A stretch of DNA of 63,608 nt, filler included, from Craspedostauros australis (taxonomy: Eukaryota): NCBI GenBank assembly GCA_030167865.1. It is 19 parts of 19 records of this genome, joined end to end, with 100 filler letters (N's around TTAATTAATTAA, not from the genome) between each part and the next. Parts side by side here need not be neighbours in the genome. Positions count along the whole stretch, not along the records: positions 22,791 to 32,270 come from JALAGF010000517.1; positions 32,371 to 41,027 come from JALAGF010000518.1; 17 more parts are not named here. One strand, 5' to 3'. Shown one piece after another: positions 25,836-37,171 of this stretch. The position numbers were made by a program, and so were the translations under genes. The notes beneath the pieces were generated by a model that was not told the DNA's origin, made no database searches, and saw only the letters and a program-made list of their open reading frames with translations. The first letter of the stretch is position 1, and each line of letters starts with the position of its first letter.

Positions 25836-26807
25836 TGCTCTCATCATTCCAACAGACAGAGCTATCCTGCACTATCAGGGAACAACCAACATGATGGAGG
25901 AGCCGGTGAAGGGAGAGGGGAAGAATCCAACCACGGTCTAATTGCCCTCCGCAATACAAATGCAAGTGTGGGGGAACACAGCACAACATAGTAACACGAC
26001 GCAGGAATTGAACAAACACGTGGTACGTTGGGGCAGTGCAAAAAAGGAACGCGTGAGGCGGACTGGCGAACCTTTCTTGGTGTCTGTGTCTGCGCGGTGA
26101 ATGCGCGCGCTTTGATGAACACAAAGGCGGCAACGACAACAGAGGCGAAGATCGCGCTCGGCAGTATTCGCACGGTTCGCTGCATCGCATCGTCCATCCA
26201 TCGAGTGATGAACATTGGCAGCGATGACACAACGCATTGCGTTGCATTCCATCCTGGGAGCAAGCATCGCAAGGGAGGTTGCCGATTCCGTCCAGTTGAA
26301 GGAGCGTACCGCAGCAGCACCATCACACAGAGAATCAGAGAGAAATCATAACTAACTTTAGGATACAAATTAGGCATTCAATGAACAACAACAAATGACT
26401 CGACAACCCAAGGAGACGAACGAGTGGGGTTGCAGGCACATCGGATCGTGTCATGACATGCCATGCCATGGAGCGCGACGAGACAATCGAGTTGTATCGT
26501 GAGCTACGACTATGCAACCTCCGCAACTCCTTCGACGGAAGTTGGGCCGTCCTTCTCTCTAGATTGAATTGTGATGTCTACTACCGATCAAGTCGTGGAT
26601 GGAGGCGAACGCTCTTCCGTTGCTCTCCGCATCCACAAAATCAGCATCGCAATGACCAACAGCACATCATGAGGCGAAGATGATGGATCGACACTCGCAA
26701 ACAGCGTCGTCAACACACCATCCACACACAGACCAAAGGACCTCATCGATACTCCCACTCGGCATTCGAGTCCAAGTACTACTCCGTTCTTTGTGTGTGG
26801 CAACAAC

Positions 26808-27818
26808 ATGGCCAACGCCGAAACAGCATCATCTTCGGCAGCAGCTCATGATTCCAAAACGGGCGCACCGTCACCAACTGGCAGACCGCCGCAGCCGATG
26901 AGCTTGGAGTTTGAATTCGAATGCGATAAGGACATCTCTCACCCGGTGCCATCATCCAGCACCTGGCATCGAGACGTTCAGGCGTCGTTTGATTCCAACG
27001 GTTTCGTCGTGCTGCGACGATACCTGTCCGCGCCACAGCAGAGGAACGCCCTGCAACAATGGCAATCCTTTTGTCAAGACTACTTCCAACGATGCTTTCA
27101 CATAATGCACGACAACCATCATATTGACAGCCCATGCCATCGGCACGCAGATCCTCCACGCGACTACACCATGCAATGCGGCATGATCCACGGATTTCAA
27201 GAAATCGTCATGCGAAGCCCGGGACGCTACGAGCTGAGCCTGCTGCATGCGGCCGCGTCGTCACCGGCGTTGCAACATCCTGATACGAGCTGCATCGTCA
27301 CATCGCATTTCACGGCGCTGTTGGAATTGCTGCTGGGGACCAAGTCCCTCAAGTTGTGCCATTTGTCGTTACTGGTCGCAACGCCCGACTGCGCCGACCA
27401 ATCCTGGCACTGCGACGGCGGACACGTCGACATCACGCAGCATCTGCCATGCCACGTCCTCAACGTCTTCATTCCGCTGCAGGATGTACCCACCGCGATG
27501 GGTCCCACCGAATTCCGACCGGGTGGGCATTACTTGTCTCGCAAGCTCAAGACCATGATGCTGGCCGCCGCGTGTCGCAAGACGTTGCGTCCACCCGTGT
27601 GTCCCGAAATGGATTTGGGAGATGTCGTCATATTCGACTACCGCGTGTTGCATCGCGGTCGTGCCAATCACCATGTCTCGAAGGATCGGAATTATCTCGT
27701 GCTGACCTACAGCCAGCCGTGGTTTGAGGATATACTCAACTTTCCCAAGAACAAGAGCATGTACGATCCGGCAGAAGTTGATGATGGAGAGCAAAGGTCT
27801 TCGAATCACACTGACTGA
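26808..27818 (+). CDS. Phytanoyl-CoA dioxygenase (PhyH)-like Fe(II)/2-oxoglutarate oxygenase
   Basis: GFVVLR, QSWHCDG (HxD), GPTEF.PG.H and GDVVIFDYRVLHRGRAN..R motifs. Confidence 0.88.
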   Translation: MANAETASSSAAAHDSKTGAPSPTGRPPQPMSLEFEFECDKDISHPVPSSSTWHRDVQASFDSNGFVVLRRYLSAPQQRNALQQWQSFCQDYFQRCFHIMHDNHHIDSPCHRHADPPRDYTMQCGMIHGFQEIVMRSPGRYELSLLHAAASSPALQHPDTSCIVTSHFTALLELLLGTKSLKLCHLSLLVATPDCADQSWHCDGGHVDITQHLPCHVLNVFIPLQDVPTAMGPTEFRPGGHYLSRKLKTMMLAAACRKTLRPPVCPEMDLGDVVIFDYRVLHRGRANHHVSKDRNYLVLTYSQPWFEDILNFPKNKSMYDPAEVDDGEQRSSNHTD

Positions 27819-27887
27819 ATGGCGGTGTGATGGATCTGAGATGTCCATGGCTATTCATAATAGTATACTAAAGTGGTAGACTCATAG

Positions 27888-28694
27888 TTACGGAGAGAGT
27901 ATCATGGAGCACGTGGAATGACTGGAGAACAAACATGGAAGCTTCCTGTGCCCGTCGCACACGATCTGCTGCGTCTCGTCCCCTTCAACGCACATCCAAT
28001 CCGCTGAGCATCTCTGCCCAACTGGAACTGTGTGATGGCAGTACTCGATCGATCCGATGGACTTGACACCGTCGGGCGTCCATTATCCTACGGCTGTGAG
28101 TTCCTCGCAGCAACTCTTGTGTCTGCAGATGAGACTGTAGTAGACGCAGATATCGCCATTGTCGCAATCGTTGTCTTTCACGCATTGGCTGAAGTCATCG
28201 CCGATCCCGCTTACCACATCTTCCGTTGTGTTAGAAGGCTTGGTCTTGTCGCCCAGGCCGAACAGAACGCCGAGCACAACGCCGCTGACCATCGCAATGA
28301 GGAGGACGAACAAGACGACGATCAACTTGACGCGATTTTGCGCTTTCTTCTTCTTGGCCACAGCGTCCGATTCACCGGGATCCCCCAGATCGCAGACAGT
28401 GCCCTCGGTCCCGACCTCGGTTGACACGGCTTTGGGTGGATTATCGCCCGCGCCCATCCGCCTTCCCATCTCCGATCCATCCTCAGGACCCGTGATGCCA
28501 CGGGCAGCGGAGGAGTTGGTCTCGGGTCCATCGTCGCGGACGATGAAAGCTGGACGGCTTGGCGATGGAGACGGCATTGCTGTGCTCCTTGCCCATCGTC
28601 CATGGATCTCTTTCGCTGCGAACTCTCCGCTGCTGCGTTGCAATTCTGTTGCCGCAGGAAAGGAAGTATTGTAGGTCGTACGGGTGCGAGCCAT
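27888..28694 (-). pseudogene. Single-pass membrane protein with a Cys-rich C-terminal region interrupted by an in-frame TAA (28083-28085)
   Basis: TM segment LIVVLFVLLIAMVSGVVLGVLFGL and CVKDNDCDNGDIC motif; the frame continues 64 codons past the stop with YCHHTVPVGQRCSADWMC. Confidence 0.5.
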
Positions 28695-29215
28695 GTGGGG
28701 CAGCCTGTTTGGCGCCACCAAGCACCATCTCCAGAAGTATGTTTGTTTGTATGTATGTCTGTTTGTATGCATGTCTGTTTGGACCATCGGCTTTGCAGTG
28801 TTTGTCTGTTCATTGCAGGTGTCTTCGTATCTTTGGAATGAAACGATTCTGAACTTCGGGTTCCCAAAGAACATCTCTGCTGACGCTTGTCGCATCTTTC
28901 GCTCCTCTCATTCGTCGAAGTCGCCTCTGTGCGCACTTGCCCAAGGCATCCGGAAGTACGCCATGAGCAACATGAGAAGCAGCAACGGTAGCGTAGCGGC
29001 CGAAGAATGGCGACGTGTAATATGTTCCTTCTCTAACAGTTAACACCATCCCCCAGGAGGCTTGACACTTCTTCTCTACCAGTACAAGTGCTCTTTGGAA
29101 TTGCGAGATGCTGTGCGCTACTGCATTCTAGGACGCCAACCACGCCACTCTTTCAGAATCTATGCGTCGTACCATGCGTTGCTGGCACATCGGTGACGAT
29201 CCGTCGACTCGTACG

Positions 29216-30715
29216 TTACACCTCCAACCGCAGTAGCATCATTTCGTGGATGTCTTTCGAGAGATGCTCGACGACGGAATGATGCGGACCCAGCCCCATC
29301 CTGGAGTAGATGTTCTTGGCCAGACGGTAGTTCTGATCCGCGTCGTCCCATTTTCCCAGGCACACGTGGACGTTGGCCAGCATGTGTGCTGCGATGGCGA
29401 CGCTGGGATGCGTGTTCCCGTAGATGGCGACGCGCAGTTCGTACACCTGCTGGTACATGTGGCTGGCCTGCTGGTGCTGCCGTTGGGATCGCGTGCAGAT
29501 GCCGGCCAGACGGTTGAATGTCTCCACCGTGTCGGTATGCCACGGTCCCAGGATTTGGAACTTGATGTCGAACGAGCGTTCATAGAACTGGGTGGCGGTC
29601 TTCTTGCCGGCGGTGGCGTCGCCCAAGGCGTCGAGGACGCAACTAAGCAGGAGCTGGCAGCTGTGGCGGGTGGATGCTTCATGTTCCAGCAACCGCAATG
29701 CTCGCTGCAGGGAGTCCTCGGCCTCTTCCTTGCAACCGCACTGGAGGCAGTACCGTCCCATCTCCAGGTAGGCCTTGGCGAGTGCCCTGGGTGAGGTCTC
29801 TCGCTTGGAATCTGTGGCAGTACCGACCTTTGTTCCCCAGTATTGCAGCTGTCGATGCTGATGCCCCGTGAGGCTGGGTCCGTTGGCGTGCTCAGCTTCC
29901 GTCAATGGCGGTGAGGCGACCGCTGAACCTTCCCACATCGAACTCAGCCTGTTGATGGACAACGCGGTGATGCCATGGGCGGCGTTGTACACATCACTTG
30001 CGAAATTGTGGAGGGACACTGTTGTTGACGGTGATGTTGGTGTTGCTGCTGGTACTTCTGATGTTGCTCTTGCTGCGGAGCTGCTGGGATACGCATCAGC
30101 CTCGTCTTGGGATGGCGACGAGAACAGGGATGACACGGCGACCGAATGAGACGCCCTGGAACCACGCTCGTGTCCGCTCTGCATCGTGTTGTCGGATGCC
30201 ATCCATTCGGAGCTGTCGTAGGACGTGAAAGACGACGAGTGGGTCAAGCTCACGGTGCTCTCCGTGACTGTCCACGCTCTGGCCTTGAGGGTCTCTATGT
30301 CTTCGTGGTTGCTGCTGTTGCTAGCAGTGCTGCCGTCGGTGACGACGCTGCTGACGGACGTTGCGACATCATCCAACGATCCGCTCATGAGGGACTTGCA
30401 GCGGATGTCGAGGCCCATCGGAGTCACGCCGCCGGCGATCAATGACTTCGATCGGCGGACGCATAAGCCGCCTCGACGCGCATGGGGCTCTGGATCCTTG
30501 TGGCTGCATCGCGAATGTGATTGCGATTGTGGCTGTGACTGCTGTCGTTGCTCATGATGGCCATGCTCATGATGGCGATGATGCTGACGAGAACTCGTGT
30601 CATGGTGACGGCGATGGCCATTGCCTTCGGATACCCACCTCATCACAAGAGGGGCGGAGAGACTCTTCCTTGCGATTGCGGCCGGCGGCCTTGGCAATGG
30701 CGCCCCGATCGCCAT
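29216..30715 (-). CDS. TPR-repeat (kinesin light chain-like) protein with a long disordered N-terminus
   Basis: ILGPWHTDTVETFNRLA and IYGNTHPSVAIAAHMLANVHVCLGKWDDA TPR repeats. Confidence 0.85.
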   Translation of the reverse strand: MAIGAPLPRPPAAIARKSLSAPLVMRWVSEGNGHRRHHDTSSRQHHRHHEHGHHEQRQQSQPQSQSHSRCSHKDPEPHARRGGLCVRRSKSLIAGGVTPMGLDIRCKSLMSGSLDDVATSVSSVVTDGSTASNSSNHEDIETLKARAWTVTESTVSLTHSSSFTSYDSSEWMASDNTMQSGHERGSRASHSVAVSSLFSSPSQDEADAYPSSSAARATSEVPAATPTSPSTTVSLHNFASDVYNAAHGITALSINRLSSMWEGSAVASPPLTEAEHANGPSLTGHQHRQLQYWGTKVGTATDSKRETSPRALAKAYLEMGRYCLQCGCKEEAEDSLQRALRLLEHEASTRHSCQLLLSCVLDALGDATAGKKTATQFYERSFDIKFQILGPWHTDTVETFNRLAGICTRSQRQHQQASHMYQQVYELRVAIYGNTHPSVAIAAHMLANVHVCLGKWDDADQNYRLAKNIYSRMGLGPHHSVVEHLSKDIHEMMLLRLEV

Positions 30716-32370
30716 GGCTGCGTCAAGCGCCTGCTTGGGTGGGAACGGTGGTGGGTGATGGGTGATGCCGTGGATAGAAGGGTTTATGAGCGCTCCGATT
30801 TTGTGGGGATTGTGCGATGCTGGAGCAGGTAGCCCGTACGAGCGTGGAGTGTGGCCTGTTCTGAAACGTTGCAATTCTGAGCTCTCTGCTGTCCACAGAA
30901 GATTTGGATGATGCTCAGATGATGCTCAGATGATGCTCGGGTGATGCTAAGATGAAGCAACGAAACGATGAACCAAGGAGCTGATGGATCTGGTGGTGTT
31001 GGTTTCTGAATTGGCGAAACGGAGGGTGTCAATGCATCACGCCGTCTCTGATCCGCACGCAGATCACTCTTGTGCTGCAGGTACCTATTATACTATCTAT
31101 ACTATCTACACTTGGGATTTGTATGGTGATCGCACAGTTGGCAATTGTATGGCAAGTACAAGTATCATTGATAGCACCTGTTCAAGTGCTGTTGCCAGAT
31201 TCCGTGCCGTGGAACACGCCTGCTGCCGCCGATGTTCGCAAACAAACGCACACGCACACGCAAAGAGCATAGCAATCGGCATCCCATTGTCGCTGCTACT
31301 GCTGGTTCCACCACACACGCTGCTGTTGCCAGCGATGTCTTCGTTGGGAAGATCATCACAGCATGTTGATGGGTGGATGGGGATTGTTGGATGGATGGAT
31401 CTATTTTCCGTTCTGTTGTGATGTTGGCTTCTCGTTCTGTTCTGTCGAAAATCTGGGTTCAACAAGACTTGCCCGTTGATCTTTACGTTGCCTCCGACGT
31501 TTAACGCCCACCAACGTCTGTTCAATCGAACGGCTCTCACACGGTGTCACATTTTCAATTCGTTCGGCGACCATGTACATCATCACAATTTCACACTGAC
31601 GAAAACCGTTGTCTCATCGGGACAAGGGCACTTCATTCGACGAAAGAACCTTGGGAAGAGCAAGGCGGAGTTCCAGCCTCTATCAACCCTGCCGTCTCCG
31701 TCCTTCCAATCTGCCATAAGCGTGCGTCATTGTTCCACATGATACGCACTTGATCGTCACGATTTGGGTTTGGAGCGGAATTGCGATTCGACGGCCATTG
31801 TGCCATTGTGGTACTATAATATTCGTATTCATGGCCCACTGACTCTTGGCATCATGTACTTTGCATCCATCTTTGGATGGAATAGAGAAACAAGCTGCTG
31901 CGAGTCCTCTTGGTGGTCGGGGTGTGCCTGCGCATGAGCATGTCTGTGACGTGCCTTGCTGCGCATACCCGTACGGTGATCCCTACGCGAGTCAACGTTT
32001 CAGATACTCGAGCACGTTCCTCCAACAAGAAAAGGAATGGAAAAAGGAGAGCAGAACGATTGGGCTACTTCTGTTGCGATACTCCAGTTTGGTAGAGTAT
32101 ACTGTTATACGACGTGGTGCTGTCCAATTTCGCAAGATGGTCAATGATGCTGTTGCGGACGAGTTTGCTTTTCCAGTAGCGTGTCCCAATATCCATAATG
32201 AGGGTTTTCATGTCTGTGGAGACAAACTCTACGTAGCTTGTCTCCACAGGCAAATTGAAGTCTCAATTTGNNNNNNNNNNNNNNNNNNNNNNNNNNNNNN
32301 NNNNNNNNNNNNNNTTAATTAATTAANNNNNNNNNNNNNNNNNNNNNNNNNNNNNNNNNNNNNNNNNNNN

Positions 32371-32813
32371 ACGTGCTCGTCGCGCTGATATTCCTGACCC
32401 CGTCGTGGTGCCTTCCGCTGTTGTCTCCAGCGCCAGCACTCAGCGTTGCGCCACGGTCATTCGCAAGATTCGTGTGGCTGAGTTGATTAAGATTGACTGC
32501 GACTCAGACGCCGAGGAGGAGGAGGAGTACTACTGGCCGCCGGTAAGCCCCAAGACCGAGGAGGTCGACCCGCCATCCGAGACCAAGGAGGGCGAATCCA
32601 CAGACACTGAGTAAGACTGGAGCGAGTCCCATGCAGCACGAACAACCAACGTAACATAACTAGTGACCAACCGTAATACCATGTTCACACTACGTCGATG
32701 AACTGTCTATGGGAGTACCTTCTAGATTGTGAATATGTTACACGATGACTACTTGGACTACCAATGGAGTCCCATCGGAAAACGACGCCGAAAACGTATT
32801 TACCGCGCTTCCC
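32371..32813 (+). repeat. 443-bp element end, copy 3
   Basis: Identical to copy 1. Confidence 0.9.
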
Positions 32814-33574
32814 TTGGTGTTCTCCTCCGTGCTTCGCTTCTACAGTCAGTGCGGCATCTGGACGTTCGGAAGACCTCTCGCTGACGATGGAATCTTGGCC
32901 CTTTCCGTGTGACAAGGATTGCTGTGACGTTGGCTGATGCTCTTGCTGTGTCTTGTGCATCCGACACGTCTGGGGTTTCTGTGTCTGCTCTGGTGCTCCC
33001 ATTTCCGGACCTCTCGTGAGCGGTCGTATCCACAGATACGGAACTTGCACAGATCAGAACAGGGTCACGAGCTTTTTTTGGCGCGGATTCAGTTCGCACG
33101 TCTGGTGACAACCACGTCGCGTGATCACTTCTGGTTCATCTTCCTCTATCTGTTCCCGACACACACTCGCACCAACAACAACGATGACACGGACCGAACA
33201 GACAAGGCAGATGGCCCTCTCTCCATGAAGAATCTTGCTCCCCAACTGCCTGCCGAATCAATACGCGCCTCTGGACCACCACCAGGTTGTCAACATCTCA
33301 CCATTCAGCGCATCATGCCTCGTGACGGTCAGTGTTGAGTTTAGCACAGCTGTTCCCACGATCTCCACCTCTCTTCGACTAGTTGTACTTCCAGGACAGA
33401 TCTCGTGATGATGGTTCCTTCTCATAAATTCCAAATCGTATCTTGCCACAAATCATCAACCCCAAGCCAAACAACCACACGACCACCATCACCATCACCA
33501 TCACCACCACCGCCAACAACAAAATCAACATTTACCATCCAGCACCAGCGCATCGACCGTAACTCTATCTCACC

Positions 33575-36384
33575 ATGAACTCCAAGACCCGAACCAACAG
33601 CGACGCCATCTTTGATTTCGACAAGCTCAAGCTCGTTGAAAAAACGGATGCGCCCCGCAACACCGGCCGAAACCTTCCCATGACTTTGGAGGGATGCGAA
33701 GGTTACATCCCATCTCTTCCCCTGAAGGTGCGTTAACATGGAGTGCGTTTGCACATGCCATTTGCTTTGATGCAACTACCATCAATGATTACATCATGGC
33801 ATGATGGCGTGGGGCTGTACCAATTCATTGAATCCCCAACTGGATGCGTATACCAATCCCTTCCCTTCCGTGCACATGTATCTCATCTCGGGATATCGAT
33901 TATACTTTTGCTTCGATCTTGTTACGACCTGTGCATACTATTCTACTATACTATGGTGCGCACATCTCTCCCTACTCTACTCCCACTATTCTCACAAACG
34001 GTGCCATCGCTGTTGCAACGGCCATTTCGTCAATCCCCCACTCGCCAATCGCTCTCCCACAGGCTCCCAATGTGGACCAGCGGATCAGCAAGTCCATCAC
34101 CGACATGGTGAACATCTGCACCAGCTCCGACGCGTTGGCTGCCTTCAGAGAGGCGGAGCAAGACCCTGCAGCTCAAAACGAGGCACGGCGTCCAGGGCGT
34201 CCATCCGCACTCTACGATTCCTCGTCTAATCTGGTCAAGTCACTTCGGAAGAAGGCCTCGACCTGCCATAGCAAGGCCCCGGGCATGCTTGGTCATATCG
34301 TCCGACCAGGATGCGTCAGCTTTTACGAGAAGGATGGAAAAACGTACGCTGCACCCGAAGGCCGATGGATTCTTTCCTCCATCAAGGCCAAGTGGACCTC
34401 TAGGAACGTGAACGTCGACCAAGACCAGATCGTGTGCGGGCAGGTCCTCATCATCCGAGTCCCTCCCGGCGCCGTCGGCCGCATCTCCGACCAGTCCGTG
34501 CCAGTGCTGCTGGATGTCGGAACGCACGTGTTCAACTCTGGAAACGTTCGCAACGCCGGGACCGTGTTCTACGCATCGAGCCAGCACTTTAGTCACGAGA
34601 AGTTCCACTACATCCGTGTGCCTCGTGGAAAGTACGCCAAGGTATGGGCCATGGCAGGCACCGGGCACGCCAAGGCGATGACCCCCAGGTTGCTGAAGGA
34701 AGGAGAGCACTTCCTCGATTCGTACCTGTTCGAGTTCAACGGTATGGTTAGCGTCAGCACCAGTTACATCCACCATGGCAGCATCCACATCGTTTCGGTC
34801 AACGAGGGAGAGGTTGCAAAGGTCACGCAAGACAACTACCCCCGCATTCTCGGCGAAGGCTGCCACTCCATCGAAAGCGTGGACTTCAACTACCACGGAG
34901 AAGAGAACGTGATCGAGACTCTCGTGATCCAGCATGCCACCATCACCATCGTCCGCGTGACGTTGGGAAAGATCGGTCTCGCGTGGAAGGACAACAAGCC
35001 GTTCTTCATCGACGAGCCTGGATTGTACGAGTACAATTCGCCCGACTTCAAATTCGTCGAATTCAAGGATGCCGACGAGGGTCTCATCCAGCTGGGATCT
35101 CGCAAGATCGTGCTTGTGCACACCGGAACCGTCGGTGTGACGTATGAGGACGGCAACTTGAAGATCTTGAACCATGGGCGCCACACCCTCGATTCGGCAA
35201 CCCACGTCTTCCACCGTTTCCTGTCGACGCAACAAAAATCCATCCGTCTTTCCTCCCAAACCGCGGCCGAAAAGGCGACGCGCGCAAAGGCTACCAAGAA
35301 CAGCCGCAAGGGGTACCGTGCCAATCGCGACGACGCGGCGCAGGACCAAACCAACTTCGCCTCGTTCCCATCCCATCCAGAATCCGATCTGACCATCTGC
35401 GAAACGAAGGATCTGGTCAAGGTTGGACTGCGTGCCGACGTCTTCTACTCGATCGAGGACCCCGAAAAGTGCATCAACAAGATCGACACCGACGAGCTTG
35501 AGGATCTGGTCCGCGAAACCGCTGTCGCCACGTTGACGAACATCATCAGATCCACCACGCTGAACCAGATCGCTCAATCGAAGCAGGTCAGTGCCGGTGG
35601 CGAAGCGGGAGGCCTGAAACCGATGGCTGCCCCCGGTCAATCGGATGGCAAGGACGGACCCGCGCTGTCCGCCTTCTTCGAAAAGGCGCACGACGAATTC
35701 CTCGACAAGCTCCATGACGACTTCATGTTCCGCTACGGCGTGGACATCGCGAACATTCGCATCGAATCGTTCAAGATCATGGACACCGAACTGGCTGACC
35801 AGATCTCCAAGCACGCCCTGACGACGGCCCAAATCGAAAACGAGATGGCCAACCTCGAAGGCAACTCGCTCATCTCCACCACGAAGGAGCGAACAGCCGC
35901 TGACGTCCTCAACATCAACGCCATGGCGAAGGCCGAAGCGCTCCGAACCAAGGCCAATGCGGACAACCAGCGTCTCATCGATGCGGCGGAGGCTGCGGCC
36001 AAGGCAATGCGCATCGAGTCCAAGGCCAAGGCAGAGGCCGAGGCAGAGGCCATCATGGAGAAGGCGCGCGCGGAAGCCGAGGCCATTAGGCTGAAGGCAG
36101 ATGCGGAGGCAGAAAGAGCGGAGCTGCTGAGCAAGACCCAGCTCGGTATGCAAGAGGCTCTGCTCGCAATCTACGCGAACATCGTGATCGAGAGCAACAA
36201 GGGCGTCGAGAAGGTGATCTACATGGACCCGAGCGTCAACCGTGATTCCCCGTTCGCCATCGGCAGCTTGCAGAACCTGAACATGGACCTTCATTCCCTC
36301 AGCCAGATGGGTATCGCGGCAGAGCAAACGGCTCCGCCATCGCGCAACCCGGCAAGTGCGGGGAAGAAGGTGATCAACAACTGA
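33575..36384 (+). CDS. SPFH/band-7 protein with tandem N-terminal beta modules and an Ala/Glu coiled coil (vacuolin/flotillin-like). Exons 33575-33727, 34063-36384
   Basis: Five VxxGxxxxxxxxxxPxxLxxGxH-type repeats; ETKDLVKVGLRADVFYSIEDPEK..YGVDIANIRIESF SPFH core; AEAEA tail; in-frame phase-0 intron. Confidence 0.85.
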
Positions 36385-37171
36385 CCGGAACAGCGTGGTT
36401 CCCCTGCAAGCACTCAGCCGATGGAAGCAGCGATGGCGGCGACAACGGTGAAAGGCAAGAAACCAAAGCCCACTTCTAAGATGACGTCGAAGACGTCAAC
36501 AGGAAGAAAACAAGGAACAGGCCCGTCTGCGACTTCTGGTAAAAGACAGACAATCAGATCTCCAGCAACAACGCACCAACCTTCCTCGAAAGTTCGTTCG
36601 TCAAAGTCTCGCAGAATCCCGCCTCTTCCATCACCGTGACCTCGAACTCCAGCAGCAATGTTTCGACCAGGGAGCCACGCAACGCGACGTTTGCATTCGC
36701 GTTCTTACCATGCGACTACATCCTCCACGTTTCCGAATACATTAAATACGTGATCTCTCTGTAGCGTGATACATATCCAAAAACATAATACTATCTGTGA
36801 ACTGGTGATGCGAAAGAACACAAAACAAAAGTGCAATGCTGGCGGAGCTGGCATGTTTGCAGAGTATGGAAGAGTACAATCTTTGCCAATTGGAAGTAGA
36901 GTTGTCTCTTAGGAAAGGCTACGCCAACGAGCATGCACGTCTGTCCATCAGTACGTCTATCTTGAGATCTGGATTGTTTTTGCGTGACAACGGTGACAAC
37001 CACGACAGAAACACGACCATGGCCATCACAACAAACGCAACACCGCATAGACACACGATTGAACAATACAGTTCATCTTTGTGCGACTAGAACCACAAAG
37101 CACAAGCAGACCCAAACGGAGGACAGATAGCCAACTGATAGCCGACTGATTGCCATTGAACAACCACGAAC

